Below, piece after piece: positions 26,380 to 38,352 of a stretch of DNA of 64,000 nt. The notes below the pieces were generated by a model that did not search any database, was not told the origin of the DNA, and saw only the letters and a program-made list of their open reading frames with translations. Position numbers and translations under genes: made by a program. This DNA comes from Diadema antillarum (taxonomy: Eukaryota): assembly GCF_040938485.1 (NCBI RefSeq), contig NW_027271056.1, positions 2,108,001 through 2,172,000 on the forward strand, in the 5' to 3' direction. Position 1 is the stretch's first letter. The number at the start of each line of letters is the position of its first letter.

Positions 26380-27140
26380 CACAGTGTGAGATTACAAACT
26401 ATGTGGTTCACCACATACAACCCATATAGTCATACACAGTTACCACAGGTTACCACATAATGGTCACAGTGTGTCACATGCTGGAGTATGTGGGCATGGT
26501 GTGTTCATAGAGCTGTCATCGTATGAATTTTCAGACTAGGCCTATGTGGTTAACCACATACTTATCATATGGTGACATGCAGTTACCACAAAATAGCCAC
26601 AGTGTGTCATATATTTCAGTCTATGGGAATAGTGCCTCCACAGAGATATCACAGTGTGAAACGATGGACTATGTGGTTTATCTCCCACTAGTCACATAGT
26701 AGTTTACAGTTATCACAGCTACCACATAATAGTCACAGTGTGCTAGATGTTTCAGTCTGTGGGGAAGATATGTTCACATAGTGCACAGTGTGTATTAAAG
26801 ACTATGTGACGTACACCACATGCTAATCTCATAGAAATCACAGTTACCACAGCTTACCATATAATGACCACAGTGTGTCACAAACTGCAATGTGTGAAGT
26901 TTGTGTTTCCACAGAGTTCCCACAGTGTGGAATTCTAGTCTATGTGGTTCTTCACCGAAAGTCACATAGTAATCACAGCTACCATAGCTTGCCACACAAA
27001 ATCCACAATTATGTCACATATTGCAGTATGTGGGAATATTGTGTCCGCCGAATTGTAACAGTGTGAAATTCTAGATTATTTGGTTTCTCACCTAAAAGTC
27101 ACACAGTGGCTCGTCACCACAGCTTATCACAAAATAACCA
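26380..27140. repeat. Diverged ~135-bp tandem repeat, about six copies
   Basis: Anchor (A/C)CTATGTGGT recurs near 26399, 26540, 26669, 26800, 26940 and 27075, with shared CAGTTACCACAG and CACAGTGTG blocks. Confidence 0.7.
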
Positions 27141-28158
27141 CAGAACCTTTCACATGTTGCAGCATGTTAATGGAATGTATAGTTTTGCAGATTTGTCACA
27201 GCAGACCGACCCAAAAGTGATTGGGGAGGGGGTACAATGTACGTTATAAAGTGTATGGCTTGGAATAACATTCATTCACAATTTACATAGAACACGGGAT
27301 ATTTATGTGGTATTTTGGGACACATATCACAGGACAATTATATACCGCACTTCAGCACCGCACAGGAGTACCATACAGCAAAACCACATAGTATCGCACA
27401 GCAGTACCACATAAAAGTACCACACGATAAAAGGAAATATCATAGGATATTTCTGTGGTAGTTTTTCACATATACCACAGGACTACCACAGGACAATACC
27501 AAACAGCAGTACCGCACGGGAGTACCACACAGCAAAACCACACAGTATATCGCGCAGCAGTACCACATAGCAATACCACCAGGCAAAACCGCACAAAATA
27601 CAATAGAAAATAGGGCCTACAACAGAAAAATGTCACAGGATATTCTTGTGGGTTTTTTTTTTCCAGACATGCTATACCATATCACAGGACAATACCACAC
27701 AGCAGTACCACACAGTAGTACCAACTGGAATAAAAGAACAAAACAAAACGCATATATTCCAGAATCTCATTAATAGGTGAGTTATGCTGTGCATTATGAC
27801 AATTAATTCAAGCAGTACTTAACCTGTCCTATACTCCTATAATATTACCTATTAAGTGGGAGTGCTGAGGTACAGCATGTGATACTTCATGTGGTATTTC
27901 TGTGGTATTCCTGTGGTACAGATTTTCGCATAGCTCATGAATATTCATAAAAAAGCAACCTAAATTTTAGAAAATTCAAAAAATACTTCTAAATTCGAAG
28001 TATTTATGATGGGATTTCCTTTGAACTATTGTCTCACAATGTTATGTTATACCCAATATCATAAATTTTGTTAGGGAAAGGTAATTTCATATTCAATAAC
28101 AGTGTTATCTAGTAAGTAACCGTGCCTTCATGCATTACAAATATTGATACACCTAATG

Positions 28159-28345
28159 ACTATGTGGTGACTACCACAATGTGGTGGACTATGTGGTGAC
28201 TGCCACAGTGTGGTAGACTATGTGGTGAATACCATAGTGTGGTGGACTATGTGGTGACTACCACAGTGTAGTAGACTATGTGGTGAATACCATAGTGTGG
28301 TGGATTATGTGGTGACTACCACAGTGTAATAAACTATGTGGTTAT
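28159..28345. repeat. 29-bp tandem repeat, six copies plus a partial
   Basis: Unit ACTATGTGGTGACTACCACAGTGTGGTGG with an internal hairpin TGTGGT-GACT-ACCACA. Confidence 0.9.
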
Positions 28346-28794
28346 AACCCTGTGGCCACAGTGTGTGAGACTGTGGTTTGATTCACAGTGTATTTAATAT
28401 GTGTTTTGGACCATGTGGTAATGCTATGTTGCACGGTGTGGTAACGCTGTGTTTCACACTGTGGTAAATACACAGTGTTACCACACGTCCCAAAATCACA
28501 TATTAAACACATGTGTTCGACACTGTGTTACACATTGTGTTCCACACTGTGTTGCACAGTGTTACATAGTGTGGTAAAACCGTGTTCTCTCCATATGGGA
28601 TACCTTAATGGCCAACACATTATTCTGTCTATCGGACTGTGAATATGCTGCTTAATTCGGGAGCGCATATATACACAATGGTGAAGAAGTGACGGTTTCA
28701 TTCCCCCATTTTCTCCCCTCCCCACCCAACCACCAGCTCTCCCCCCCCCCCCCCAAAAAAAAGGGGGCAAACGCCACTTTTTCTTTGATTATTC

Positions 28795-28829
<35 letters not shown>

Positions 28830-28844
28830 CGTGTGTGTGTGCGT
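28795..28844. repeat. (TG)n(CG)n(TG)n alternating purine-pyrimidine tract
   Basis: Direct reading of the sequence. Confidence 0.95.
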
Positions 28845-31800
28845 GAGTAAATTACAGTGAATAAGGGTATATTCAGGGAGGTGTTCCCATCTCCCTGGTT
28901 TATATCTGAAGTGTCACCAAGTTGCGAGACCGCAGAAACAGTATGAAGTACATCTTGTTGCTGACTGGATTTTGATAGAAGAAATCAAGTCCTCTGCAAC
29001 ACATTATTCGACCTTTATATACTTTGGCAAGAATTAAATTTCGGAGGGAGTTTTTAGATGTTTCTATTGTCAAATCTGATTAGAGTTGTGGGGCCTTTCA
29101 AACAAGAAACAATGTCAAATTGTAAATCCATATCCTTCCTTCTCCATGAGAATGATAGTAAGGATTATCATCGAAGAAATGGTTGCTGGGGATCGGGAGT
29201 GGTTTAGTTAATGAGTAATATCCGCCATTCTCGTTATGATTAGAGAAAAGATTACCCGCCATTTTCAATATCACTATAGAAAAGAGCGATGTCTTTTTAT
29301 TACACGATGCTAAATCCATGAAACAGACTTCGTATCATTAATGTAGACTAATGAGTTCTTGGATTAAGTGACACAATCTTTCAAATCTGATTGTAAATTC
29401 ACAAATTGATTTTTGCGCCGCATCCATTCAGAGGCAATTTTCTATCCAGATCGGAGTCTGTCCGTCATTTTTGAACGGAGCGTCCGATCTTCTCAAACTT
29501 TCACAAAATATGTCATTGATTTGTCTGCATTTACTGAATACATAAATTATCTTTTATATCTTTTTCGGGGGGGGGGGGGAGGGGAGAAACTTAAATAAAC
29601 ACATTCTTGCAGTTAAAGCAGTAGATGAGGAAATCCGTGTATCTGCCAGTTTAAGGGAGGGATCACCCATTTGCTTCTCCTCGGCTCCCATGAAAGTAAG
29701 ACGGCCCCACTCCCTTAGCAACGCATCCTAACCGCCAAACGGTATACTGCAGTATTCTTTTAGCAAACTTTCCGATGAGTCCAGATGAACGACGCCAAAC
29801 GTCTTCGTCTGCTAACAGATGGTAGCGCAGAGCTAGCTGACATGTGTGCGCCGTGGCCCCGCTCGACTACGGCTCTTGTTGGCGCGCGGAAACTGCGTGA
29901 AGGTCTCTCTCTGCTCACTCCCGCCATCACAGACGGACCACATCTGCCGTGTATCCTTGGGGATTAGTGACATTTTTAACACGCATCCATTCTCACCGTC
30001 TCGTAAGTCCAAAAGGACGCAACTCCACTCCAGTGCTTCCCCCGGAAATTCCTCAACAACAGTTCATCTTGTAGTGGAAAGTCCACGGTGACGATCAAAC
30101 GCGGAAATAGCACCATATGTCCGAAAGTCCCTTTTCAATACTGTTAGAATACATTTGGAACACGACCCATCGTGCAAAAAAGCGACTGCGATGTGCATCG
30201 CGAGCGCTTTCTCACTCACTGGCAATCTCCTTGCAGGGATAAACTTCAGGATGCTGTATAGTCTTCTCTTCTTCTTTTTTTCTCCTGCTTTTCTCTCCCC
30301 TCTTTCTCCCCCCCCCCCCCCTTCTATCGCTCTCTCTGTAGCTATGTGTTCCCGTATTCCTGTGGTCTTAGTTCTACAGTGATATGCTTTTAATGTTTCG
30401 CCGCTTGCCGTACTCAGCTATGTACCACGAAATATCGCGAATTCTTTACATAATACACACCTTGACATTACATAGGGGAGGGTGGCTTTCCATGATGTTT
30501 GTAAGTGGCACGGTCTTAAGTCGAGAATGTGGTTACGTTTATTGGTTCAGTCTACCGAGATGTAGGCATTTCATTTTCCCCTCTTTCTTTGCCATTCCTT
30601 CGATTGGAAGGAATATTCCATTTCCTTATCTTCAGACGAATCGTATAGATATCCCTCTGAGTTGGTATGGGGGGAGGTGTCTTTCACAAGAGTGCAGGCC
30701 CTGACAGAGGCGATTTGACCAACATTTATTGAGTGTTTTTTTTTATCACGAAAAGTATAAGTATATTGGGGAATATATTAACGCCAAACAGCATAGCAAG
30801 CATCCACAACCAGGCATACTTGAACAATGTAATAATATAAGAGAAATAACAACAATAACAAGATGTTTTTGAGCGCCCATGCCGAGTTATCATTCATTAA
30901 TGATGTTTCAGAATATTTTTTTTTGAATCTCTCAACAACAACCAAGGCAGGATAATATCCGGCTAGAATCATTTCAAAGTGATAGACAGTAGTTTAATGA
31001 GGACATGGATTTACCCTCTTCCGGATGTTACTTCCTATTGAACTTCCTTTCGAACAATATTTAGTACAGTCCGTGGCTAAAGGACTCTAAATCGATACAA
31101 TTTTGAATGCCTTATGAAATTCAATGTGGTTCAATCGTAGAGAGAATTCTGATTTCATATTTGACATTTGATGTCATGGATAGTTATAAATTACATAATT
31201 ATATTATTGATTGAATGATCAATAATCACATTTACATTCTAGGATTGCTTTGATACGACTGCCCTAAGATATGGTCGAGGGATGACCCCCCCCCCCCCCC
31301 ACCCCCCCCCCCCCCACTCCATCCCTTCACTCTGGAACAGGTATATCATCATTCATCGGAACGCGGCAGAGGTAAGATGACACTTCACAGTCTTGTCTTC
31401 GCACCTTTTAGGATCCATCTCAACCGCGTTTTCTCTTTCCTGTGTATTATCGCTCGGCCTTGCAGCTTAAGTTTGTGTATTATAACAAGTGATGGGGATA
31501 TGAACGCGGGATTAGGCGGTTTATACATCAACCTCGATGACCCAGTAAAATGATTGTAGCAGAAAGAAGGAAGAAGTCACAGGTGCCAGCCGAGGTGAGA
31601 GAGAGGGTTGTGTGAAGGGGAAAGTGGGGAAGGAAGGAAGGAAGGAAGGAAAGAGGGGAGGAAGGAAAGAAGAGGTAAGAGACGGGGGGGGGGGGGCAAA
31701 TCATTTCACTGACCTTGTTATATGCAGTTGAAGCTGTAATGAAATTCAAGGCAAAATGGTTCCGGGTTAAAGATAGCATGTTGCATCTAACAGTCCTGAA

Positions 31801-32749
31801 CGCGTTTCTATAAGAGAGTGATCTCCCATGCACTATCTCTCTGCACATGAACGATTATCACATGGTTTCCTAGCGTTGTTTGTACAAAAAGAAATTTGAC
31901 ACGTAACTAACACCAATGAACTTAAATCTTTTGGATTTTTGGATCTCTCAAAAATGTCCAAACTCGCGATGGAGTTGTATGCTAGACTGACCCTTAAAAC
32001 ATACACACTCCTTTACTGGTGGAACTTTGATTGGTATCACTTTTTTTTTCCGTATCACATAAAGCATCTAATCATGACATAACTATTACACTTGGCCTAA
32101 AAATTGTTAACACAGATGACCTTTCCAGCCTTGTCACCAATTTGCGTCAGAGATGGTGAAAAGAATGAGAGACAAATGATTGAGAATAACAGAGAAACGG
32201 TTTGTAATTATTTGACGTTATGGTGACCCTGAATCAACTTTTCTTCAATGCTGGAAGAGCTTATCGTTCCAAATTTGCTTTGGCGTCGTGGAACAAGATA
32301 CAAACATTCTTATTTTGGAAATACGAAGACGGGCCTAAGCTATCTATGTAAAGAGTTTGAGCAGCACAGTGTCTAATGAAAGATTTGGAAGATGAAAAGT
32401 AATTACTCATGTCTTTTCATAAAATCGTCGCTTTATGACACGCTCTTGTCCTTGTGACAAACCAATCACAGGTCAGAAATCTTTGCAGCGAGTTCACCCT
32501 TTCTGCTCTGTGGTGGCGCTGTGTACAAAATGAAACATTTCAGGACCTACACCTAACATAAATTACGCTGAGCCTCTAGTGCGTGGTTTGTGTAAATTAG
32601 TCTACGATTATATCGAGTGAGATGAACATTATGACGTCATCATGTGCAATCATAATGTTCGCCAAAGGCCCTGTGATGAACATTATCAGCACGTAAGCAG
32701 CGCTTCTTGCTTTGGAACACCGCTAGTTAGGATTGGGTCATTTCAATGG

Positions 32750-33347
32750 TGATAACCAAAACCTTGACTGGAAATACAATGAGAACATAACCTCCCCAAA
32801 ATATACATGTGGATTGAGTAAATGCAGCAATATTGGTAGAACATATCAACGAAGTTTGAAGAAAATCGGACAATCCGTTGAAGAGTTATGTATTTTTAAA
32901 TTTTTGGTCCAGTCATTGTTGGATGAGAAGAGTAGGCCCCCTATAACAGTTCGTGACGTCAAGTATGGGAAACGATATAAAGAACCTCATAATAAGAGAA
33001 CTCCCCAACATTTATCTTTTGGGGGGTAGTACACATTTCCTTGACTTGTTACTGGCATATGTAGAGGGTAATATTGTATAACTTTCTGAAGGAGGTAAGT
33101 CAAGTTCTCTTTCGTAATGCTTGAAAAGTGAAAATGGTTATGTTAAAATTTCTCTGTATTTCATGTATTTCCTTCATATCGTTGTCCATGAGTGACGTCA
33201 CAAAATGTAGTCTTCTTGATGGCGGCACCGAAGCTTTAGAAATGCATACGTTTGTTCGAATTTTCCTCAAAGTTAGTTGATGTGTTCTACTAATATTGCC
33301 GCATTCCCTCAATCCACATGCATATTTATTATTGGTTTCGTTCTCCT
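32750..33347. mobile_element. Kolobok-like MITE, left tip degraded
   Basis: Long imperfect inverted arms 32798-32870 and 33258-33328; right end GGTTTCGTTCTCCT followed by TTAA. Confidence 0.65.
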
Positions 33348-33517
33348 TTAAATGTCAGGTATACCTGCAATATCTGTGCTGAGTTGCTTTTTTTTTATCC
33401 ACAGAGTTGCAATCGCAACAAGTCACAGCAGACGTCTATACCGCGCATATCATGTCGACGGCGTTCGAAAGCAATATTCACGTGAGAGTTAAAAAGAACC
33501 CTATAAGGGAACTCGAG

Positions 33518-34070
33518 AGGGCTTTTTACACTTGTGTTTCTTAACCCCGGACTTTCTCTGACCCAGGACTATCGTTAGTCCCGTACCAATGTTTTCAGCT
33601 TTTTACACTCGCCAATTAGTCCCGTACTATCTCTTGTCCGGGGCTAAGGAGAAAACTGACCTTTTTACACTCGTATTTCTTAGCCCCGGACTTTCCAAAC
33701 CACTTGAATATTCATAATTACGCTGTGTACTGTGCACGTACACGCACGGACCGGCAGCACTTGATTACCTCGTTTCTGATTGGTCAGTGAGGGTCGGACT
33801 TCGTCTCCGTCGCTTAGCCCAGGATTATTTTTTCGTTCTGTTTACACTCACTTGCTTGGCACCGCAATTGCGGTGCTAACCCCTGCTATTTTGCAGGGTC
33901 AGATAGTACCGTACTATCGGTGGGGCTAGCCCACTTTGGCAAAAACGAGTGTAAACAGAAAGTGGGCTAAGGATAGTCCCGTACCAACGGTGGGGCTAAG
34001 GCCCCCCCCCCCCCCTTAGCCCCACCGTTGGTCCGGGGCTAAGCAAAAATTTACTAGTGTAAAAAGCCCT
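33518..34070. mobile_element. PIF/Harbinger-like MITE
   Basis: Perfect 15-bp TIR AGGGCTTTTTACACT / AGTGTAAAAAGCCCT and repeated internal GTCCCGTAC and CCGGGGCTAAG motifs. No clean TSD. Confidence 0.7.
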
Positions 34071-34359
34071 ATAGGGTACCAGCAAAACACAGCAATACCA
34101 AATGTTTTTAAAACAGTGTTACTGAGATCAAAACACAATGATCCTAAAGTGTTTTTTTTTGGTTACATAACAGAAATAAATACGATCAGAAGCTCTCTTC
34201 CAGGACACAAATTTAATCTCTTTTTTCTTCGCACGGGAGAGAGAGAATGAGAAATAAAAGGAAGTTCGCTCGAGAGAAGGAGAGAGTTCGTCATTTCATT
34301 TCAGGTTTTTATTATCACTGTTCAGATCTAGGAACTGAGCAAGAATGTATCGTTTACAA

Positions 34360-34680
34360 TTATGATGATGATGGAGTATTTAGTTATCTTCGTTAGAAGC
34401 ACATGGATGACTGTGACTATTGTGACGATAATGAATGCTGATATCTAAATGATTCATTGCTATTACGATGGTGATGTTGATGATTGTAATTATTATTGTG
34501 ATAACTATTGTCATTGTTGTCATTATTTTATCATATATATCATCATTATTGTTATTGCTGTTGTTACTATCGTAAGTATTATTTCTGTTATTACTATTAT
34601 TGTTACTTATGATTACTTTCATTATCATTGTAGTAATAATGATAATGATGATAATAATGATAACAACTTCTACTAAATGA
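34360..34680. repeat. Degenerate (ATT/GAT)n low-complexity tract
   Basis: Direct reading of the sequence. Confidence 0.85.
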
Positions 34681-35274
34681 ATGACTTAAGAGATTGAAAT
34701 TTGCTCTTTGATAGGATCCTCCGGGCAGAATTTTGTCCTGGAGAGGCATAGAAATGCAGCTTTTCTATATTAACAGTATTTAGTTGATTTTAGAAACATT
34801 TTTCCTTCCAATAGGTAAAAAGGGAAAAAAGCATGAGCATGCAGCATTGGTTTCAGGTAATTATTCCTAAATGTATGAACGTTGCGTTGATGTGCAGATG
34901 TCCTTTTCGATCAATTTTTTCCCCTCGCGATTTGAGGGAACTATTTCTATCCTTTATCTCTCGATATTGATAGAGAAAAAAAAAACAACAACAACAGTTG
35001 CTTGAGCTCTGGGCATATTACTTCAACAACATGAAGACAACATCATATTAGTTTAGTGTACACCAAAATAGGCTCTATATATAATGTATAAATCATGTTC
35101 TAGCGAATACTCTGAAAACAAATAATAGCTCGGTCACAATTATAGTTCACATTTTAGCATAGTTCTTTTTTTTATCATGATAGGCATTCTCCACTTCCCT
35201 TATTTGGTATAATCAAATCACCTGGTCTTAACTTTTATCCGTTCTCCGTTTCTCTTTCACAAACACTGATTACT

Positions 35275-35612
35275 CGGGGCTTACAGCCAAACAAGCTTGC
35301 TTTCATGTAGGTCCCGTCATACTTCTCTTTGTACAACCCGAACCGACATTTCGACCAGTTCATTATAATTACTGTGTTGTATATCATGTATGTATATTGT
35401 TTTTGTTTTTCTTTTATAATTACTGTGTTATACATCATGTATGTATATTGTTTTTTGTTTTTTTTATAATTACTGTGTTATATATCATGTATATATATTG
35501 TTTTTCTTGTTTTGTGTATTATTGCAAAGGTACAAGAAATTGTTCTATCAATATTGATATATATGAGAAGTATGATATAAAATAGAATTGAATGTGAAAA
35601 TTTGAAATTGAA
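35275..35612 (+). mobile_element. Probable 3' end of a CR1/L2-like LINE
   Basis: Stem-loop GGGCTTACA..AACAAGCTTGCTT..TGTAGGTCCC, T-rich tail and terminal TTGAAATTGAAAT. Confidence 0.4.
35363..35515. repeat. ~50-bp tandem repeat, three copies
   Basis: TTATAATTACTGTGTT(G/A)TA(T/C)ATCATGTAT(G/A)TATATTGTTTTT at 35363, 35414 and 35464. Confidence 0.9.
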
Positions 35613-37978
35613 ATCTTGTCTTCTGACATATTTCATGGCTGTACTGTGTGATCATATCAAAAAAAAAAAATAATAACCCCCAAACCTTTAATCATTTATC
35701 CTACCAACACCGTTTCAACCAGGCCGGAACTGGTAACTGTTTTTCTCATTTGACTGTTCATTTTTTCCCTTCTCTCCCTTTCTCTCTCTATGTTTATATA
35801 CATTTTTCTCTCTTTCTTTCTCTCTTTCTGACTTCGATTGCGCAGTACTAGGATGGTGGGGCCAGGTGCTAGGTTGAGGTGCTAACAATCGGAGTGGCAC
35901 AGCCGATGATTCTCCGTGACAGAGCGCCAGCGTTTCGCTGGAAAATATTCTTGGCGGCGTTGATGTGACGACAAACATGCCGGACGCAAAATAGACCCGC
36001 TTGGCAGGGTCGCGACGCCGCGTCGCGTTGGTAAAGGACCCCTCTCACAGTCTCAACTTGTACTGGACAAGACGAGAATCGTGTTAGCCAAAGTCATTGG
36101 AATGCACAAAAATCTCCATTCACTCCACCAATTCCCTACATTGTTACTTATATTTACCTTCTAACATTTTATTGGCGTCAAGATAATTACTGGTGGTAAG
36201 GGCCACTAAACAGTGAGGCGATAAACATGCGCAATGAGTAAACGAATAACTTTCATGTCTTTCCGAGCTCCATGCATGGTTGATCAACGACAAAGTTGTA
36301 TATGCTACAAATTCCCTTAGGTAAATTTGCTAGCAGCATCTCGTCTAGTTGAGAAGCGACGAATTTGCTTCATACTTTCATAAACAACAACACCAACAGC
36401 AGCAAGACAATCTTCCGTAATACATTTACGCATATAGTGTATAGTATATGCAATCAATATCGTAATGCCGTATACTATAGATGCAGGTACCCTGTCCAAT
36501 TCAGATAATAGACTGGACTGACAATTTCAGCTACCATTGGAAGCGATACCACATGTATTATTCTCATCTCTCGCGCAACCTGTTCTGTCGATATTTGTTG
36601 TCCGACACTATCACACGTTCATGTCTTCACTTTGGTAGATCAATTAATGATTTTGATCACCGTTTCCTTCTTTCACCTTTAATACACCACGAGGTGTTTG
36701 GGTGAGGTTAAACACATTATTGTCCCACATTTATCACAATTTGATCGAATCTGTAAGATAGACTACAATGACGATAAAAATTGCTTTCTCTGACTACATA
36801 CGGCTACAACGGCTTTTCGTCTCGTCCTGGTACTGAAAGCGTTCAAAATCATGAACAACATGTAAATAGATACAAAACATGCCTAGTCAAAAAGATGATG
36901 ACAGAAATTGGGGCAGAAAGATAAATGTCCTGGGGAAAGATGTAACTTAAATCATCTTCTTATCATTTAATTGGCATCTCGGCATTTTAATTTGTGTCTT
37001 CCATTGGAGAAATTAGATTAAGATTTACAAATATTATGAAATCTGTACAAAATTTAAAAAAAAAGGAAAATATACAATAAAATTTCCGAATTGCGAGAGA
37101 TGTTTTTGTCTCCCATAATGTAATGACAATTCATGAATAAGATGAAGATTTAGCTATTAAAATACTTTTGAAAGTTCATCAACAGAAACCAACTATCTTA
37201 TGTGGTAGAAACTCGAATGAAAGATTTTTGTTGTTCACTCTTCCTGAGTAGGCCTACATTCTTGCCTGTAGGCCTACGATACCGCTACACCGTTGATCAT
37301 AAAGTTCGACAATTTGAAACGTGGTATTACATGGGTGGGCTGATTAACTCGCCCACTAATAAATAGTTCGTATACACCATCTCAACTAACATCGAAAGCA
37401 ATGCTGATATACTATAGTAGATGATGGTCTATGGTTTTATCCACAGCGATAACTACCGCTCCGTTCACTCATCTCTACCCCCAATTCGCCGCCAGTTTCG
37501 TCAGATAGAGTAGGCACAGACTGGTACCTAGGATGGGATCTCCCGTGGATGTCATCTGTAGTATATGGGGTGTTTAAGCACGCAGGATGATTATATCTGT
37601 GCTTTTATTTACATCTTTCTTTCAAAAACCATACTATATTTTACACCACCCAACTGCGAGAAGACAATTATTTCGGTTACCGACACCATCTCCCTGTTCT
37701 TAACGTAGCCAGCTATACAGTCGTCACGACATTGTGTTTTTGTTTGGTTGTTGTTGTTGTTGATGTTGTTTGGGTTTTTTCAGAAGAGGGATCGAGGCTT
37801 GATTTCTACTTTGCGGTTCACATGGCAGGCAGAAACGCCCCAGAAGGAGGAACGACCAAGGTCAAAGGTTATGCATTGTACAGGGGTTCCACACAACCAA
37901 CCACGGTGGAATACATATATTTCCTGATCAGCGCCACAATAATGGCGGATTGTTCGAGAAGGAGAAATCAGGCTTTAA

Positions 37979-38352
37979 AGGAACTGTACAGTGCTGGTTG
38001 AGGTGAGGATTCAGGTTTATAACATTTTTTTTTTGTGAGATAATGACAAACCTATGAAATATGAAAGAGCATGTAATTTCAAGAAGGATTCAGCGTTTAT
38101 TTGATGAAAATTTACCTTGAAAATGCTGAGATATCAAAAAAAAGCGATCCTGTTATCGACAGGCCAAGACTTTTATTAGGATCTCTTTGTTTTACCTTGT
38201 TTTTAGATATCTCAATCATTTCAAAACCGATTTTCATCAAATAAACTTTTGATTCCCCTTAGAATTGTATGCTCTTTAACATTTCATAGAGTGGTTTCTA
38301 AATATCTTGCAAAACGTTACAAGCTGAATCCTCACCTCAACCAGTACTGTAC
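37979..38352. mobile_element. Kolobok-like MITE, right tip truncated
   Basis: TTAA-AGG left end; inverted arms GTACAGTGCTGGTTGAGGTGAGGATTCAG / CTGAATCCTCACCTCAACCAGTACTGTAC. Confidence 0.7.

Larger units (their letters stand above)
26290..28599. mobile_element. Non-autonomous CMC/EnSpm-like DNA transposon filled with internal tandem repeats
   Basis: Imperfect TIRs: CCCTTATGGAACAAACACAGTGTTACCACAC at 26290 versus reverse complement CCCATATGGAGAGAACACGGTTTTACCACAC ending 28599. AT dinucleotide on both flanks (26288-89, 28600-01). Interior made of TGTGGT/ACCACA/CACAGTG-rich repeats; no ORF. Confidence 0.65.

Noticed and set aside
28159-28345. Hairpin-containing 29-bp repeats as a CRISPR array
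   Set aside because: Units are head-to-tail with no unique spacers, no cas genes are present, and the context is eukaryotic transposon DNA.
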